Shown here: positions 46,455 through 59,150 of the stretch, piece by piece
Layout: each line of letters opens with the position of its first letter
How positions within the stretch are numbered: the first letter of the stretch is position 1
DNA from: Toensbergia leucococca
Taxonomy: Eukaryota
Length of the DNA: 64,000 nt
Direction: 5' to 3'
NCBI GenBank assembly: GCA_022813965.1
Contig: JALDZS010000102.1
Span: 1-64,000 of the forward strand
Translations under genes and position numbers: made by a program
The notes under the pieces: model-generated
The model's database searches: none
What the model was told of the DNA's origin: nothing
What the model saw: the letters and a program-made list of their open reading frames with translations, nothing else

Positions 46455-49400
46455 TTATATTGATTCTTCAAGAACACCCTCTATGAATCGAGACCATAGG
46501 CCATGCATTAGAATCTTCGATCCCACGTTTGACAGCCTCTTCAGAAGCCTACGGCAGCTCGCCTCCTCTATTTCTACTGCTCGTCTCCGGGCATGATGCA
46601 TGACTACCTTCGCAGCAAGTATCACTCGAATACCTAAGACGAAAACCTCTGGTTTTGTAATCCACCCGAGTGGGCCATCTACCTCGCTTTCGGCTGTTTC
46701 AACAAGCGCATCCAATCCTTCAAGGACCCAGGTGCTAAGTCTCCGTTCTAAGTCAATATCAACAGCTTCGGGCTGTAGATTTGTCAAAACACTAGCCCAG
46801 TGCTCTGCCTGTCTGACAGGGTCGATGTATAGGTTCTGTTTTTCCTCAACAAAAAGCGCCGAGTCTTCCTTCCTGGCATTTTCAAGCAAGACACGGACAG
46901 GACGCAGCTGTTGTGTTGGTGTCTCGCCGTGTTTACCAATACTGTTAGAGCTTTGAGCTTGGTCTTCTGGAGTCGCCGTACAAGAGATGGACCTAGGACT
47001 CGGAGCTGGTACTGCATCTATCAATTTTCCTACAGCATGACTCCAAAGAATCTGCGATTTGCCATACTCCTTATCCAGAAATCCTAGGAGCCTTCGACTT
47101 GCAGCCAGTGGCACAAGGGAAAGATTTCCAGTGTCTTTCGAGAGACCAGCTAGGATTGGATCTGACAAAATCCACGACACTAATGCCGCCCCTTGGTCGC
47201 GAATGTCCTCGTCATCGTCATCCAATGTATCATAGAGCGCAAGATAGACGCCCAGCAGGCTATGGCTTGTTCTAGCTTTTGAGTCATGACTTCGTAGAGC
47301 GTATTTAAACCCTTTGATTGAGTCGACGGCAGCGAACCGACTTTGGAGATCCTAATACTGTAAGTAAAGATTTCTCCAAGAAAATGACTACACAAGGCGG
47401 CTCACAGAACGCTCATGCCCAGCCAACTCTAACATCCGTGTCCAGAGCTCAACCTCGTAGTCTGACTTGAGATTGCCAGCTGCAAGCCTACGATCTTCTC
47501 CCAACATAAGTCCACGAAGATGCAAGTCTGCTCCTGATAGTCTAGGATTTGGTTTTGAGCCACCAGTCCTCCAATTGACGAGTTGCAAAAACCGGGCATC
47601 ACCAGAACGGAGGATTTCATACGCCTGCCGTTCATCTGCAGTTTCCGAAGTCTTGAGAATATCTGCGAGACATGTAGCCATAACCTCATTGATACCTAGG
47701 CTTTCAAAACCCACGTTTGCTATAGTTTCACTCAGAAACCGCAGTCGAATTATTGGATTTACTTCGGCTGAGTTTCCCACTGCTTCTAAGATTTTATCTC
47801 TGACACGATGGTCTAAGCCACGCAGCTGCTTAAGACTGAATAGCCTGAATGTGTCTTTCGATGTCGAAAGATCATTAATGAGTATTAAGCATTTAGCTAA
47901 GGCAATCGCCTGAAGGGTAAGCAAGGGGTCATTCGTGAGATTATTTGAAGAAAGAGAAGGCTCGAGTAAGTCCTTCCACTTCATCAACAGTTGGTCCTTG
48001 TAACGAGAAGCGTATTGCTCCACCATTGTACCTGTGTATAAGTTAATGAATCGTGGCTAATGTCAACCGTGCATCACATACTTTTGCGTCTCATCAACTC
48101 TCCTAATAATTTGACTAGAATTCTAAGATACGTAGCAATCGTGAAGGGACAGACATTCTGCACCACCATAGCCTCGAATGAAGAGAAGGTAATTGGGAGG
48201 AAGGACTCAAAATAATCTGTTCGCCATCAGAATAGGAGCTTAATGAAGGTTGAGGTACTGACTTGGTGTTTGGTCGGAGTACAGAGCTTGTCTTCGAGAA
48301 AGAATAAAGTCTAGACACAAAAGTCTTCCATGCAAAGCGTTTTGCGATAGCCATTCTTGGGATAATAGACCCTTGATCTCATTATTGATGCTTTTGTCAT
48401 CTATCAGAACACTCAGAGTTTTCGCAGCTTTTTCCCGTACTGGCCAGATTCGACTGCACATATGATAGCGAAGGAGTCGCTTGGCTGCAGCCTCATACTG
48501 TGTCGGTATGCCTGATCTTTGAATAATTTCCAGGGCTGGAAATAATCTCTGAGCTTGCACTGAAGCCAGTTCAGAGTCGCCGTTTTGGCCTTGCTTGTCA
48601 GCGACTGTCGTAGGTAGGCTGAGCAGCCTGAAAAGTAGATCTGGCAAATTTGGGAACTTTTCAAACACCAATTTGGAATTTGGCCGGTTGTATCCAGCGT
48701 CTGTTTCGGCAACATCATGACTGCCTCCATGTAAGCGATTCAGCAGTGCTTTGAGGAGCATAAGACCGCAATTTCGAATCGCCCATCTGCCTGTCGTTCA
48801 GCAGACGATTTAGATTGGGTTTGTAGGGATTCATACGTATCAGTCTCAAGACAGCCAGCGGCAATGTCCAATGTATCCGCCACGTGTAGTTCGGTGCCAG
48901 ACCCGAGTTGTGTATTCGTGAATACGTCTTTCAAGCAATTTAAGGCATGAACTTGAGGCAACCGCAAATCCTCAAATCTAACAGTATTTTGCACTGGCGC
49001 TTCCGCGATAGCTTGAAGGTCAAGAATAACGCTATCGAAAAAGGTCCCAGTCGGATACGAAGTCAAGATGCCGGTAATCATGGCTGGAAGGCCAGCAGAA
49101 CGCCTTGTGAGTGCTGAAGCCTTCTGTTGAATGCATGATATGGTGTCCTGAAATCCATGAGTGTACTGACTCAAAATCAGACTCCAAATTTTACCTGGTA
49201 CCAGTTTTGTGGAAGACGAGCGACTAAAAGATCATCTGCCTGAGCACATCTCATGCAACATGCAGCGAAGGTCTGAGACACCGTTGAAAAGGCACCTCGG
49301 TGACGAAGCTCAGCCAGCTGCGTAAAGGAAAGTTTGCCCAATCTCTTGTAATCATTGTAGTTAAGTCCTTCATCAACTGACGGTGGGCCATAAGCTTTGT

Positions 49401-52029
49401 TCGTGATCATAGCATGCATCAAACAGCTAAGATTCATAAGTCCATACAAAGCATTGAAGAGGAGATTACTGAAGCACACCTTGATTCTTTAAGAGCGCGC
49501 CAAGAAAATGAAAGCACGTCTTTGGTACCAAGATCTGAATCAACATCCTCATCATCTTCAAACATGTGACCCTCGGGTGAGTCGAAGCAAAGAACATTTT
49601 TCACAGCGTCCCAGATCTTCGTACAATATTGCAGGATCTGCTCATTCAAGGATCTCCATGTATCTAATTGGGCATCATTCGATTCAATGAAAGCACAATA
49701 GAAGTCTGGTCGGGCCACAATGTACCTAGTCACACCTTTTTAGTTCTTTTCTGGTATAAATGATCCCGAAAACTTGAATACCTCAGAGCCATCAAGCGTC
49801 CGTGAAGCGGCGTAGTCTTGACAGCCAGACGTAGATCGACGAGTGCGTTCTCTATGTCTTGTCCCAAAGCAAATAAAATGTGCTCTAGTATTGATTTCCG
49901 ACCTCCTCGCCAATTATCGAGCCTGTTGCTTGATTCATAAAGAAGACCGTATAGTCTCCCAACACCATCTGCATGATCTGCTCTACCTGTACGATACATT
50001 AAAGTTTCTGCGCGATGTAGAGGATGAGGCATCTCTAGAGGATAAGCAAGCGCTAGATATTTTTCAACAATCTCATCTTCGTCATTCTGAGGTTGACTCT
50101 GTCTAGGTTCAGCTGATGACCGGAGCAGTTCCTGCGGAGTCAGTTTCAGAATCACTGCAGCCGTAGAACGGACATCGTCGAAAGGGTCCATCATAAGATC
50201 TAGAAGTAATCGCACCAAATGATTGTTGAAGATAATATCTTGTAATGACTTTGCGTCTCCATTCTGAGTGAATCTTGATATGAACGTGCTAAAGTCTGCA
50301 TGAATGAATAAATGTAAGATCTTCAAGGCAGTAATATGACGCTGATACGAAGCTGCAGGGTGTAGCTCTTGGAATGTGAAAATGATGTACCACTTCATGA
50401 AATCTATGTGCAGCTGAAGAAGATCACAGCTTAAATGCGGGTCCTCAGCAAACCACTTCGAGGACTCAGCGTCTCTTATAGAGGATAGACTTGGGATTGC
50501 ATCACTGAATAGTCGGCTATTCCTGCCCGAGGAAGATAAAATGTTTCTGAGTCTTGAGCAAAGCTTTCTCACTTGACTGGTGAATTCATTCCTAGTTTTC
50601 GCAGCGACTTCTGTATGAAACGATGGAATATTTTGCTGTAGTGAATTGAGAGCTTCTGCGGATAACGGCTCTGTAGAGGAAGATGAGTATATAGTAAAGG
50701 ATAGTGCTGCTATTCTCACACCAGGCACTGCATGGGCGAGAAGAGCCAACCCGAGGCTTTCTACGCGAAAGGAATAGACTCCTTCAATTACGGCGGAATC
50801 TTGGGCTGTCATAACTTAGCTTCAATGTATGCCGGTGTCTTATAGTCTACAATACTTGGACATAATCAAACGTACCTAGATTTTGTATGAGTTTCAATTC
50901 CTTGGCGATCTTTACCGTGAGAAGGCATAATTGAATGTTTGCCGCACCGTGTTTACCAATAACTCCATTTCGTAGGTCTTCCATAGGCAAAGTATTGAGA
51001 AAAGTGATAAAGATACTATAGTCTAATCGAAGTAGATCTGGAAGAACGTGATGCTCCACGGCTTCGATCAAATTAGGGTTCATCTCAAGAAGAGCCTTGA
51101 GTGGTTCCATCCATAATAGCAGCAGCACATCGGGTTCTTTGAAATGAGTGTCTTCGGGCCACCAGTTTTGTAGAGATCTGAAGAAACTTGACAGTAGGCG
51201 CCCACTAATAGGAGCAATGTCCGAATAGCGTAACCACCTGAGAACACTCTCAACAAACCCTTTAGTAGATTTATTCCAATCAAATGGAGAGAAGGGTTTA
51301 TCATCAGATGTTTGTGGTTCTTTATTGATTTCATTCGGTATTTTTAAGCTGTTCTCCGTAGTTATTCTCTGGCTCTTTTTGAGAAGGATGTCGAGACCGT
51401 GAACGATGCGTCGAGTGAGAAAATATTCCAATGCCTGCATAGCAGCTTTGACAGACTCAGATTCATCTTGTTCGCAAATAATAGAAATCAAAGTGAAAAT
51501 TGTACTGTCCTTCAAAGCATAAAGAACAGATGCTTCAGAGTTCTTAGATAGAAGCTTTGCCAAAGTCACCAAAACATGTTTCATCGGCTTGGCCTTGGTA
51601 TTTTCTGATCTCTCAAGGAACATATGAAAAGTCTCGGTCCATACTTGGGGAGAAAAGCAAAGAGCACGGAGCTCGGACAGCGAAGAAACAACGCCTTGAT
51701 CAAGAAAGCCACAAAGAGCATTGCAAGCTGCTGCACCGTGCGTCACAGAGAGTCTAGGGTAGCTCGCAGTGCGTATCAGAGCTCGGAGAAGTGACTGCAA
51801 CTGCCTTGAACCTAGTCAGAGAAGCGTTTGAGGCATACACGCAATTTCTTAAGGCTATTCACCTATAATTGAAAGTTTTGCGCTGAACTTTGCCATTGTC
51901 GTTGGGGATCAATGAAGCCAGATTTTTGCACAACTGTCGTAATTCAATCTCTGAGACAATTGCTGTGCCATCATACTCAAATCTGTTGTTGTTAGAATCG
52001 GTAAGACTTTCGATATCAACAAGACTCAT
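46455..52029 (-). CDS. TRM732: THADA/Trm732 family HEAT-repeat protein (DUF2428), tRNA position-32 2'-O-methylation cofactor
   Basis: Family motifs DPFDDVR, DSPEGH, SWRALKES, ELRHRGAFS, LTRRSAGLPAMITGIL, PQVHALNCLK, W-IRN-GLML and LYDTLDDDDEDIR. Multiple GT-AG introns link the ORFs from the ATG at 52029 to the stop at 46455. Confidence 0.9.
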
Positions 52030-52253
52030 TCTGCAATGAGACTTAAAGTGTTGTTTGACACGTTATCACTGTCTGAAACTATGAAATGGCCTCGGCGAAA
52101 ATGGTTCTACCGATTCCGAGAACAACTAGAATAGAACTAGCGTGATTCCAAATTTCCAGATTTCATGGTCATCGATTTTACGAAAGCACGCCTCACAGCA
52201 AATCGCACCTGCACAACCCACCAGTCCTTTCCTCCATTTCCCCAAACCTCAAA
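52030..52253. promoter_or_regulatory. Short divergent intergenic region (likely bidirectional promoter) between TRM732 and TIM23
   Basis: Only 224 bp separate two head-to-head start codons. Confidence 0.55.
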
Positions 52254-52984
52254 ATGTCTCTCTGGGGTACCCTCACAGGCCAACGTTCCTCCTCCAGCTC
52301 CTCCTCCTCATCCTCCAGCGCCTCCTCTTCAACCCGCCAAGACTCAACCTTCCAACCCACACCCTTCGACCCCTCGACCGCCCAAGACGTATCCTCCTTC
52401 CTAAACGAAGCCACCTTTCCAGATCCCTCTCAACTCCACCCCCTCGCAGGCCTAAACCAACAAACTCTCGACTACCTCTCCCTCGAAGAATCCGCCCTCT
52501 CCGACCTCCCCGGCTCGCGCTCCGCCCTTCCCTCGCGAGGCTGGTCCGACGACCTTTGCTACGGTACTGGCGTGACGTATCTTACCGCGCTGACAATAGG
52601 AGGGACATGGGGCATGATCGAGGGATTCAACCGATCGCCGGCTGGGGCGCCGCCAAAATTAAGACTGAATAGCGTGCTGAATTCTGTGACAAGGAGGGGG
52701 CCGTTTCTGGGAAATTCGGCGGGCGTGATTGCGATGGTCTATAATGGCATCAATTCGACGATTGGGCATTGGAGAGGGAAACATGATTCCGCGAATAGTG
52801 TTGTAGCTGGGGCGTTGAGTGGGATGCTTTTTAAGAGTACGAGGGGGGTGAGGCCGATGATGATCTCGGGTGGTTTGGTAGCTGGGGCGGCTGGGGCGTG
52901 GGCTGTAAGTCTGGAATAGGAGTTTGTGATTACGCTTGTGGAGCTAATAGACCAATGCAGGTCACGAGGAAAACGCTGTTCTAA
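52254..52984 (+). CDS. TIM23: Mitochondrial inner membrane translocase subunit Tim23
   Basis: LHPLAGL..LDYL, LPSRGWSDDLCYGTG..YL, KLRLNSVLNSVTRRGPFLGNSAG and RGKHD..NS..AGALSGMLFKSTRG. Intron 52905-52960; the last exon encodes VTRKTLF*. Confidence 0.96.
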
Positions 52985-53779
52985 TTGTTCTTGGTACGGA
53001 TTTCGACTTCCACCCTCGAAGAGCAACATGCGTCTTCCTCTCTTCTCTTTCCCTGCCAGCTTGAGATCAGGCAGGCCAGTGTCTTTGAAGTTGATCCTTA
53101 GCGGTTTTCTATACGTACCTTACGTACTGTGGGTGGGCTTTTGCATAGCGGAAGGCCGCGAACTCTTCTCTCCAATGCATGATAAGTTTCCGGGGAAACT
53201 TTTGTATGAGTATTTTTGCGGAAGGCGGCTCTGATCTCGGTTATAGAAGGGGATGTATTTACAGAAGAATACTGGTCCTCTTGGCTGAAGGGATTTGTTC
53301 TCTGCTTGTCATGAATTGTCATTGCTCTGTACACAAATATCTTTTTTTTGGCAGGCAATACTTAAGACAGCTTCACTAGACCATTATGCAAGCAATGAGT
53401 CACTACTAGGTTGTTATGCATTTGATAAGAGCCTATGTCTAGAATGAACGGTAAAATTGTTTATCTAACGAGACCACAATACAAACTTAGAAAAATGTCG
53501 TCTAATCATGCCAAAGTACTTGAGCGTCCAGCGCTTCAAATTTCAACTAATTATGAGCTTTCAAGAGAAATAAACACCGCTGCCGGGGCCATCAACCACG
53601 TCTGGCTTTTCCATTTCCGAAGCATAAGCACCCTCCCGATTCTAAAGCTAGGCATTCGACTCTGTCATCAACAAAGATATCGGAGGCGAAGCAGGTGCCA
53701 TGGCTTAAAGAAGGAGTGTTCATTATGGTGACGGCGATACTGTTGGTGCGTTAGGGGGAGAGCCGGTACCGGTGCCGCT

Positions 53780-54640
53780 TCAGCCTGCATAAGTTTGACC
53801 CAGCGGTTGGCTCAGCGCACCATCACTTATAAGACTGCCCTCAGTCGCCATAAAATAGGCATATTTGTGCACCATTTGTTGGTCATCCAGGAAAGGCATC
53901 ACCTGGCCCAAAAACGCATTTTGATCCGCCAGGTCGGATTTCAGCTGGAATTCCGTGATCCATACCGGTCGTGGACTGGCAATCGCAATGGCGCTCATAG
54001 TGTGATTTCGGAAATCTGCAACCGCGGAATCGACTGTCACTCCAGCACCGCCGCCGTACCAATGGATGCATACGAAATCAATGGTGCAGTCTGTGCCACA
54101 TTGAGAGATGAAATTCTGGAGATAGGTCAGGCCCATGGGGCTAGGACCGTTGGTCACAGAAGGGGAGCCAAGCTTGACGTTGGGGCTACTATAGTTTTGC
54201 ATGAATGATCCCCAGCCGGATATGGCATCGGACAGTTGCATGTAAGACTGGCCGAGCTGGTCAGGCTCATTGAAGGCCATGAGTGCGTCAGACCCGCCGG
54301 CAATAGCAGCAGTGACATCTGCATGCCATGTACTACCATGGCCTTGGCTCCAGAGCTGCGGGTAATAGTTGAATTTACTGGCCAGAGTAGGATAACCAGT
54401 ACGGGTGGAGTCCCAATTGAAGCCCCAGGTAATCTCAGTAGAGGAGTCAAAACAGTCCAGGGAAGGAGATGTATTATTGTAGGCTATACCGCGCTTGCCA
54501 GAGGAGGTGCCTGTCCCAGATGGAGGAGAGGCTGAGGAAACCGGACTAGACTGCGTGGCATCTTGCTGAGGCCATGGGCTCGCCTTGACAATAGCACTGA
54601 AAACCGAAAGGAAGCAAAAAAAAAGAAAATTGGTTTTCAT
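53780..54640 (-). CDS. Secreted GH128 (Asl1-like) beta-1,3-glucanase
   Basis: Signal peptide MKTNFLFFCFLSVFSAIVKA, KRGIAY, YPQLW, catalytic FNEPD and WITEF motifs, LGSPSVT, DFVCIHWY and KYAYF. Confidence 0.9.
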   Translation of the reverse strand: MKTNFLFFCFLSVFSAIVKASPWPQQDATQSSPVSSASPPSGTGTSSGKRGIAYNNTSPSLDCFDSSTEITWGFNWDSTRTGYPTLASKFNYYPQLWSQGHGSTWHADVTAAIAGGSDALMAFNEPDQLGQSYMQLSDAISGWGSFMQNYSSPNVKLGSPSVTNGPSPMGLTYLQNFISQCGTDCTIDFVCIHWYGGGAGVTVDSAVADFRNHTMSAIAIASPRPVWITEFQLKSDLADQNAFLGQVMPFLDDQQMVHKYAYFMATEGSLISDGALSQPLGQTYAG

Positions 54641-56300
54641 GACGACAGACAAGGAGGAAACATTTACTGTGGCTGCAAGGGAAGGCAGAAATCTGGTTTT
54701 GGGGCATTCTCAGGAAGGATTCAGGGCACGCCAATTTATGTATGATACAAATCCATCTGCAACAGCCACAGAAAGTGTTGTAAAGACGATCCAAGATAAG
54801 CAAGACTCAAAGTGAAATGTAAGCCAACGACATTTACAGTCCAGACGTAGCACAATAATCAAGCCTACCCTCAAGAATTCCACTTGTAATCGAGGATTAA
54901 CTTGGATTGTACGATCATGATGGGCACAAAAGCGAAGTTGGAATGCATCATCATAATGCTAAACGGTTGGGAGCAGCATCGGAGGTTGGTCATACCACCA
55001 CTCTGCAAAAAAGAAAGCTTGCAGGACTGCAGCAAATCCTAAATTTACTGCAGACCCATGCAGAATGCAAAAAACTTGGAGGTAAAGAAAGGGTGAGTGT
55101 AAGAAAATCTAATTAACACAGTGCCCACCTTGGATGTCCCTCCTTGGAAGATGGAGCAAAGACGGTCGCCGCATGTTCTTTGTTGACTCGTCGTCATTGT
55201 TGCGTCAAGTTTGCAAGATGCCATATGTTGTTGCTTCGTTGTTGGATGGCTGTTGGATAAGGAGTGTCCGGGCTTCAACGTCCTAGCCAGCCACGGAGGT
55301 GAAAGAAATCTTAATCTCATCCAGATTCGGCCTAGTTCTAGAAGGAGCGCCGCTTTGTACATGCTTGCCCGACGTCGTTTCGCTATCTTAATTCTTGACA
55401 ATCCATCGCTCTCGTTAAAGGCTTAGGAATATTCAACCATCATCTCTTCTGCAAGATGCTCAACTGACTCGATCATGCTGAATAAATTGAGGAGTGAGCT
55501 TCAATATTCATCGAGTCCATCATTTCCCATTCTTCGATGCTAGCATTCTTATCCTACCGTTCCTGATTTAACCCTCTGGTCCCTGCAGACTCGCTCCGAG
55601 TTTTTGTGCCCTCTGTCAGCTGCTCCTCAACGCGTGCTTCAGATATGACTACCTATTCCGTCCTCATAGTCTAGCCATCAATACGAATACTTTCCAACTG
55701 TTAGGTCACAATCTAAAGCGACTCTATTTGCATAACCTTAGAAGTTTAAACTGCTGTTATCACCAATATCTTCCCTAATACTGCTCTACACGTCGTTACT
55801 TGATTGCCTCCTTGTTTTCAGAATACATTCGTTGTAGCTACACATAACAGAGCGTTTATATTGTAATGCTTACAGGTTTAACGTTGTGCTTATATATCTG
55901 TACATCTTAACACAGACATACAATCTCTCTGGCCACAACTTTCATCTAGCCGCCCCTGTTTCGTACCTGTCTCTTAGCTTGTTGTAGCTAATTCAAAAGC
56001 TTCCATCTCTTGTTCTCTTTACGTAAATGCCCCGGATATTGTAGCATAGTATACCCTGACTCTCTCGAGTATTCACGTGCCACTCTTTCACATGTTGCTT
56101 TGGTCATAACACCATCATTCATCGTCACCTACGACCTATGAGTGCATGACTCATCTCACGTATCTCTTTTCAGATTCAAAACACCCGCTCTGGTTGACTC
56201 TTGTTGCGACCAGATTGTTTTTCATGATTCGTAGATGAGCCTACATCTAGAGGTACAAGTCCACCTGCTTTATCGAAAGTAATACTTCCAAAGCATCAAC

Positions 56301-57697
56301 ATGTGGAGCACAGAGAAATACTGCGCCGTCTGCGGCTGCCCTTTCAGCCTACCTCTTCTTTGGGATCGAAAGATTCCAAGTGCAGACAATGATACAACTC
56401 TTGATCTTAGCAACCCATATGACGCAGACAAATTGTCACAATCCGAGATCAGAGTAAGCTGCCTGGTCCTCAGATAATATCAGTCCCAAGGTCTTCTTCT
56501 TTCCATCACACAGCCTACTCGTACAGTGACTAATCTACCGCGAACACGTGACAGTGGCTCACAGACTTCCGCGTTGTTGGCCGTTGGTTAGAGCCGTACG
56601 TCTTCAAGCTTCTTTCTCTCTATGTTGCCACTTGTATAGCCACAGTTTGACCCTCTTCTAATACGCTTCCAGACATCGAGATCTCCTCAAATATTCTCAG
56701 TCTTCGCCCCAGTACTTTTTCTCTTGCCCCGCAGAATGGGACTACGGAGGCGGCGCCGGTGAACCCTCCATCCCAGGTGCTCAGGACGTATTTAAAAAAA
56801 TTCAAGTTTATGAACACTGCGATGACTTGGGCGGGATGCTATTCCCCATTCACACATGCTGTCTGGAAATTGTTAATCATCTACTGCAAGAGCGGCGTGG
56901 GAGATCGCTTCTTAAAATCACCAACATATTGGAATTTATGGATATTTTGAGGGATACGAGAATTGCAAACGGAACCAATATCGCGGAAAAGCGGGCTCTG
57001 AGTCCTTACTATTCCTATGGGAACTCGGGCGGGCTGGAATGGTCACACAATTACTTTGGTGCGAGGCGCTTCTGGGGTGATGGGTGGGATACAGAGCCGG
57101 GATGGGAGGTAAGCAAGCACTCCACTCCCTTGGTCGCTCTCCTTTACTCTTTCCTTATTCCACTTTTGCACCCCGTACCCTATTGCAGTCAATATCATCA
57201 GATGATGATGACGATGATGATGATGAAATCATTTCCTGTCCCAGCGACCGTAGGTCGCTATGCAGACTAGTATCATCAGATGTCAACGCTTCAACTCGCT
57301 AATCCGTGCACCCTACCACACACAGTTCCTCTGCGCCGACCCAGTCCAAGTTCCGCGTCTCGCAGAGTGGCTCCTCAAGAAAGTCCAGCGCTTTGACGGC
57401 CAAGCTGAAAGCGCAGTACAGCACAGCACCATCAGTGGCAGTGATGATCTCGCGCCTGCAATGCCCTGGCTCTTCGCCTCCGAGATCGCAGCCCTTGAAT
57501 CCGAGATAACAAACCTTGTGAACCAAAATTCATCACCAGGCATCCACTTTTTGAGTGCAGCAATTGTGCAAACAATGAAGATGACGATAGAAGTTATGGA
57601 GGAAGGGAACGCAACGGATGTCCCACTGGGATTGCAGAACCGATGGCGGATTTGGCGAATTCTGGAGTCGGCTGTTGCCAATTCCGTGGGCTCCTAA
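56301..57697 (+). CDS. Hypothetical fungal protein with YCAVCG, FPIHxxC, YFGARRFW, LCADP and PLGLQNRWRIW motifs (paralog A, intact, 4 exons)
   Basis: Exons 56301-56453, 56555-56595, 56673-57108 and 57326-57697 join in frame via GT-AG introns and are colinear with the paralog at 59151-60534. Confidence 0.8.
57205..57270 (-). mobile_element. Ultra-short non-LTR retroposon-like insertion, copy 2, in intron 3 of paralog A (12-bp TSD)
   Basis: TATCATCAGATG occurs at 57193-57204 and 57271-57282. The core is identical to 827-856 and has a (CAT)n tail on the minus strand. The insert is absent from the homologous intron of paralog B (about 60120-60143). Confidence 0.85.
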
Positions 57698-58281
57698 ATT
57701 GGCGCCAATAGCGACGAAGGTGTAGCCGAGGAAGATAACATAGGTAGGTTGTGCAGCTACGGCTGAAGCGAGCGAGCGAGAGGCTGCCGCTGCAGAAGCG
57801 GAGGAGGCAGAGGCGAGGGAGGAGGTTACGGAGACGTAAGTCGCATTCGTGGGGCAGGACTTTGCGGTGGGTAAGGTTATGTAGTCACAGTTTGTGATCG
57901 TCTATGCAGTACCCGAGGCGGTAATTGTGGTAGTGGTAAAGTCCACGTAGGTGCCTAGAATTGGGGGGTGACATATCAGTATGAATGAATCATCATATAT
58001 GGCCTTTGAAAGAGAACACTCTTACCATCGCAGCCGCAGTACGAATTGACACCTGGGCAAGGGCCTTCTTCCATGTGCATCGTTGAGGTGTACGCAGTTA
58101 TACAAGCACCGATACCGTTTTCTCCAGGCACATCAGTAGGAGCAGCAATAGTGCTGATGAGATCGATAGTGGATGCTGGCAGCGTGCTATAGCTACCATT
58201 TCCCATTGTGTAACCTTCGGATACGATAGCAGCAGATTGATGAACCGGACTTAAGAAATCCTCTTTGATCAGCGCTCCCAT
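57698..58281 (-). pseudogene. Fragment of a Cys/Thr-rich extracellular protein gene, with a premature stop and truncated at the end of paralog A
   Basis: APTDVPGENGIGAC...GPCPGVNSYCGCD, an intron (about 57955-58025), then GTYVDF..TA*TITNCDYITLPTAKSCP and a Ser/Ala linker. In-frame TAG near 57902. The reading runs straight into the antisense of paralog A. Confidence 0.55.
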
Positions 58282-59150
58282 CAGTCAATTATGAGATAGT
58301 TTGATGTGTTGTCTGTGAGCAACTATGTTTCATTCTTGCAAGAAGCCGTCTGCTTCACAATTATCCAATTCGCGAAATACTCCGAAAAGTCTGCGGGTAG
58401 AAATTGAAACGGTGGTACATTGCAGCAACCCCTTCTCGAATGCAACTTCTCTAATATTCAGTACAACATCCATAGCATGTTGAAAGCGGCGCAGTAGCTC
58501 TGCACATGGTCACCTTCTTGCGAACAACTCAGTGGTGCTTGCACAGCTATTCGTCTGTACTCCAGGAGGTATTCGTACTGGCCCTGAGCCGTCTGCCCTG
58601 AGCCGTCAGTGGTTTTGCCTTCTATTCGCTCTATCCTATCCGCTGGATAGTATTTATTCAGGCCATTCATGCAGCTAATTTTATGTCATCTGCACTTGAC
58701 GTTCCCGCAGTAGTGATGACATGAGGATGAGATAAGTTATCTTTCGGTCTTAGAGGATCGTAGATTTACGCTAGAATAGATTATCGTTCGGGGGGTGGGG
58801 GGATACCTAACATAGGTAGAATAAGCATTTAGTGTATGCAAAACGCTTGCGAAAACTCGAGTCTGCTTAGGTAGCGAGTGTTTTTGCGATCCCACACCAT
58901 TTTTGAACAATGTGTGGTACTTTATCATGCGATTCTATCACATGAAGAGTTAATTGAATCCCCTGGGTTTAATAAGGTTGGTGGGGTCAGTAACGAGTCT
59001 CCCCACATTTAATCTTGCTCACTTTCTGATTACTTCATTGCCATGAGAGATATAATACTCGTACCGTGCGAGCGTGCCTTCACACCTTTTACCTACCTAT
59101 GCAACAAGTCCATACATTCCACTTCAAAGTAACACGCTCTGACTATCAAC

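Noticed and set aside
57193..57282. Hammerhead ribozyme (CTGATGA ... GAAA on the minus strand)
   Set aside because: CTGATGA comes from the target duplication, no stem II/III pairing can be drawn, and copy 1 lacks it.
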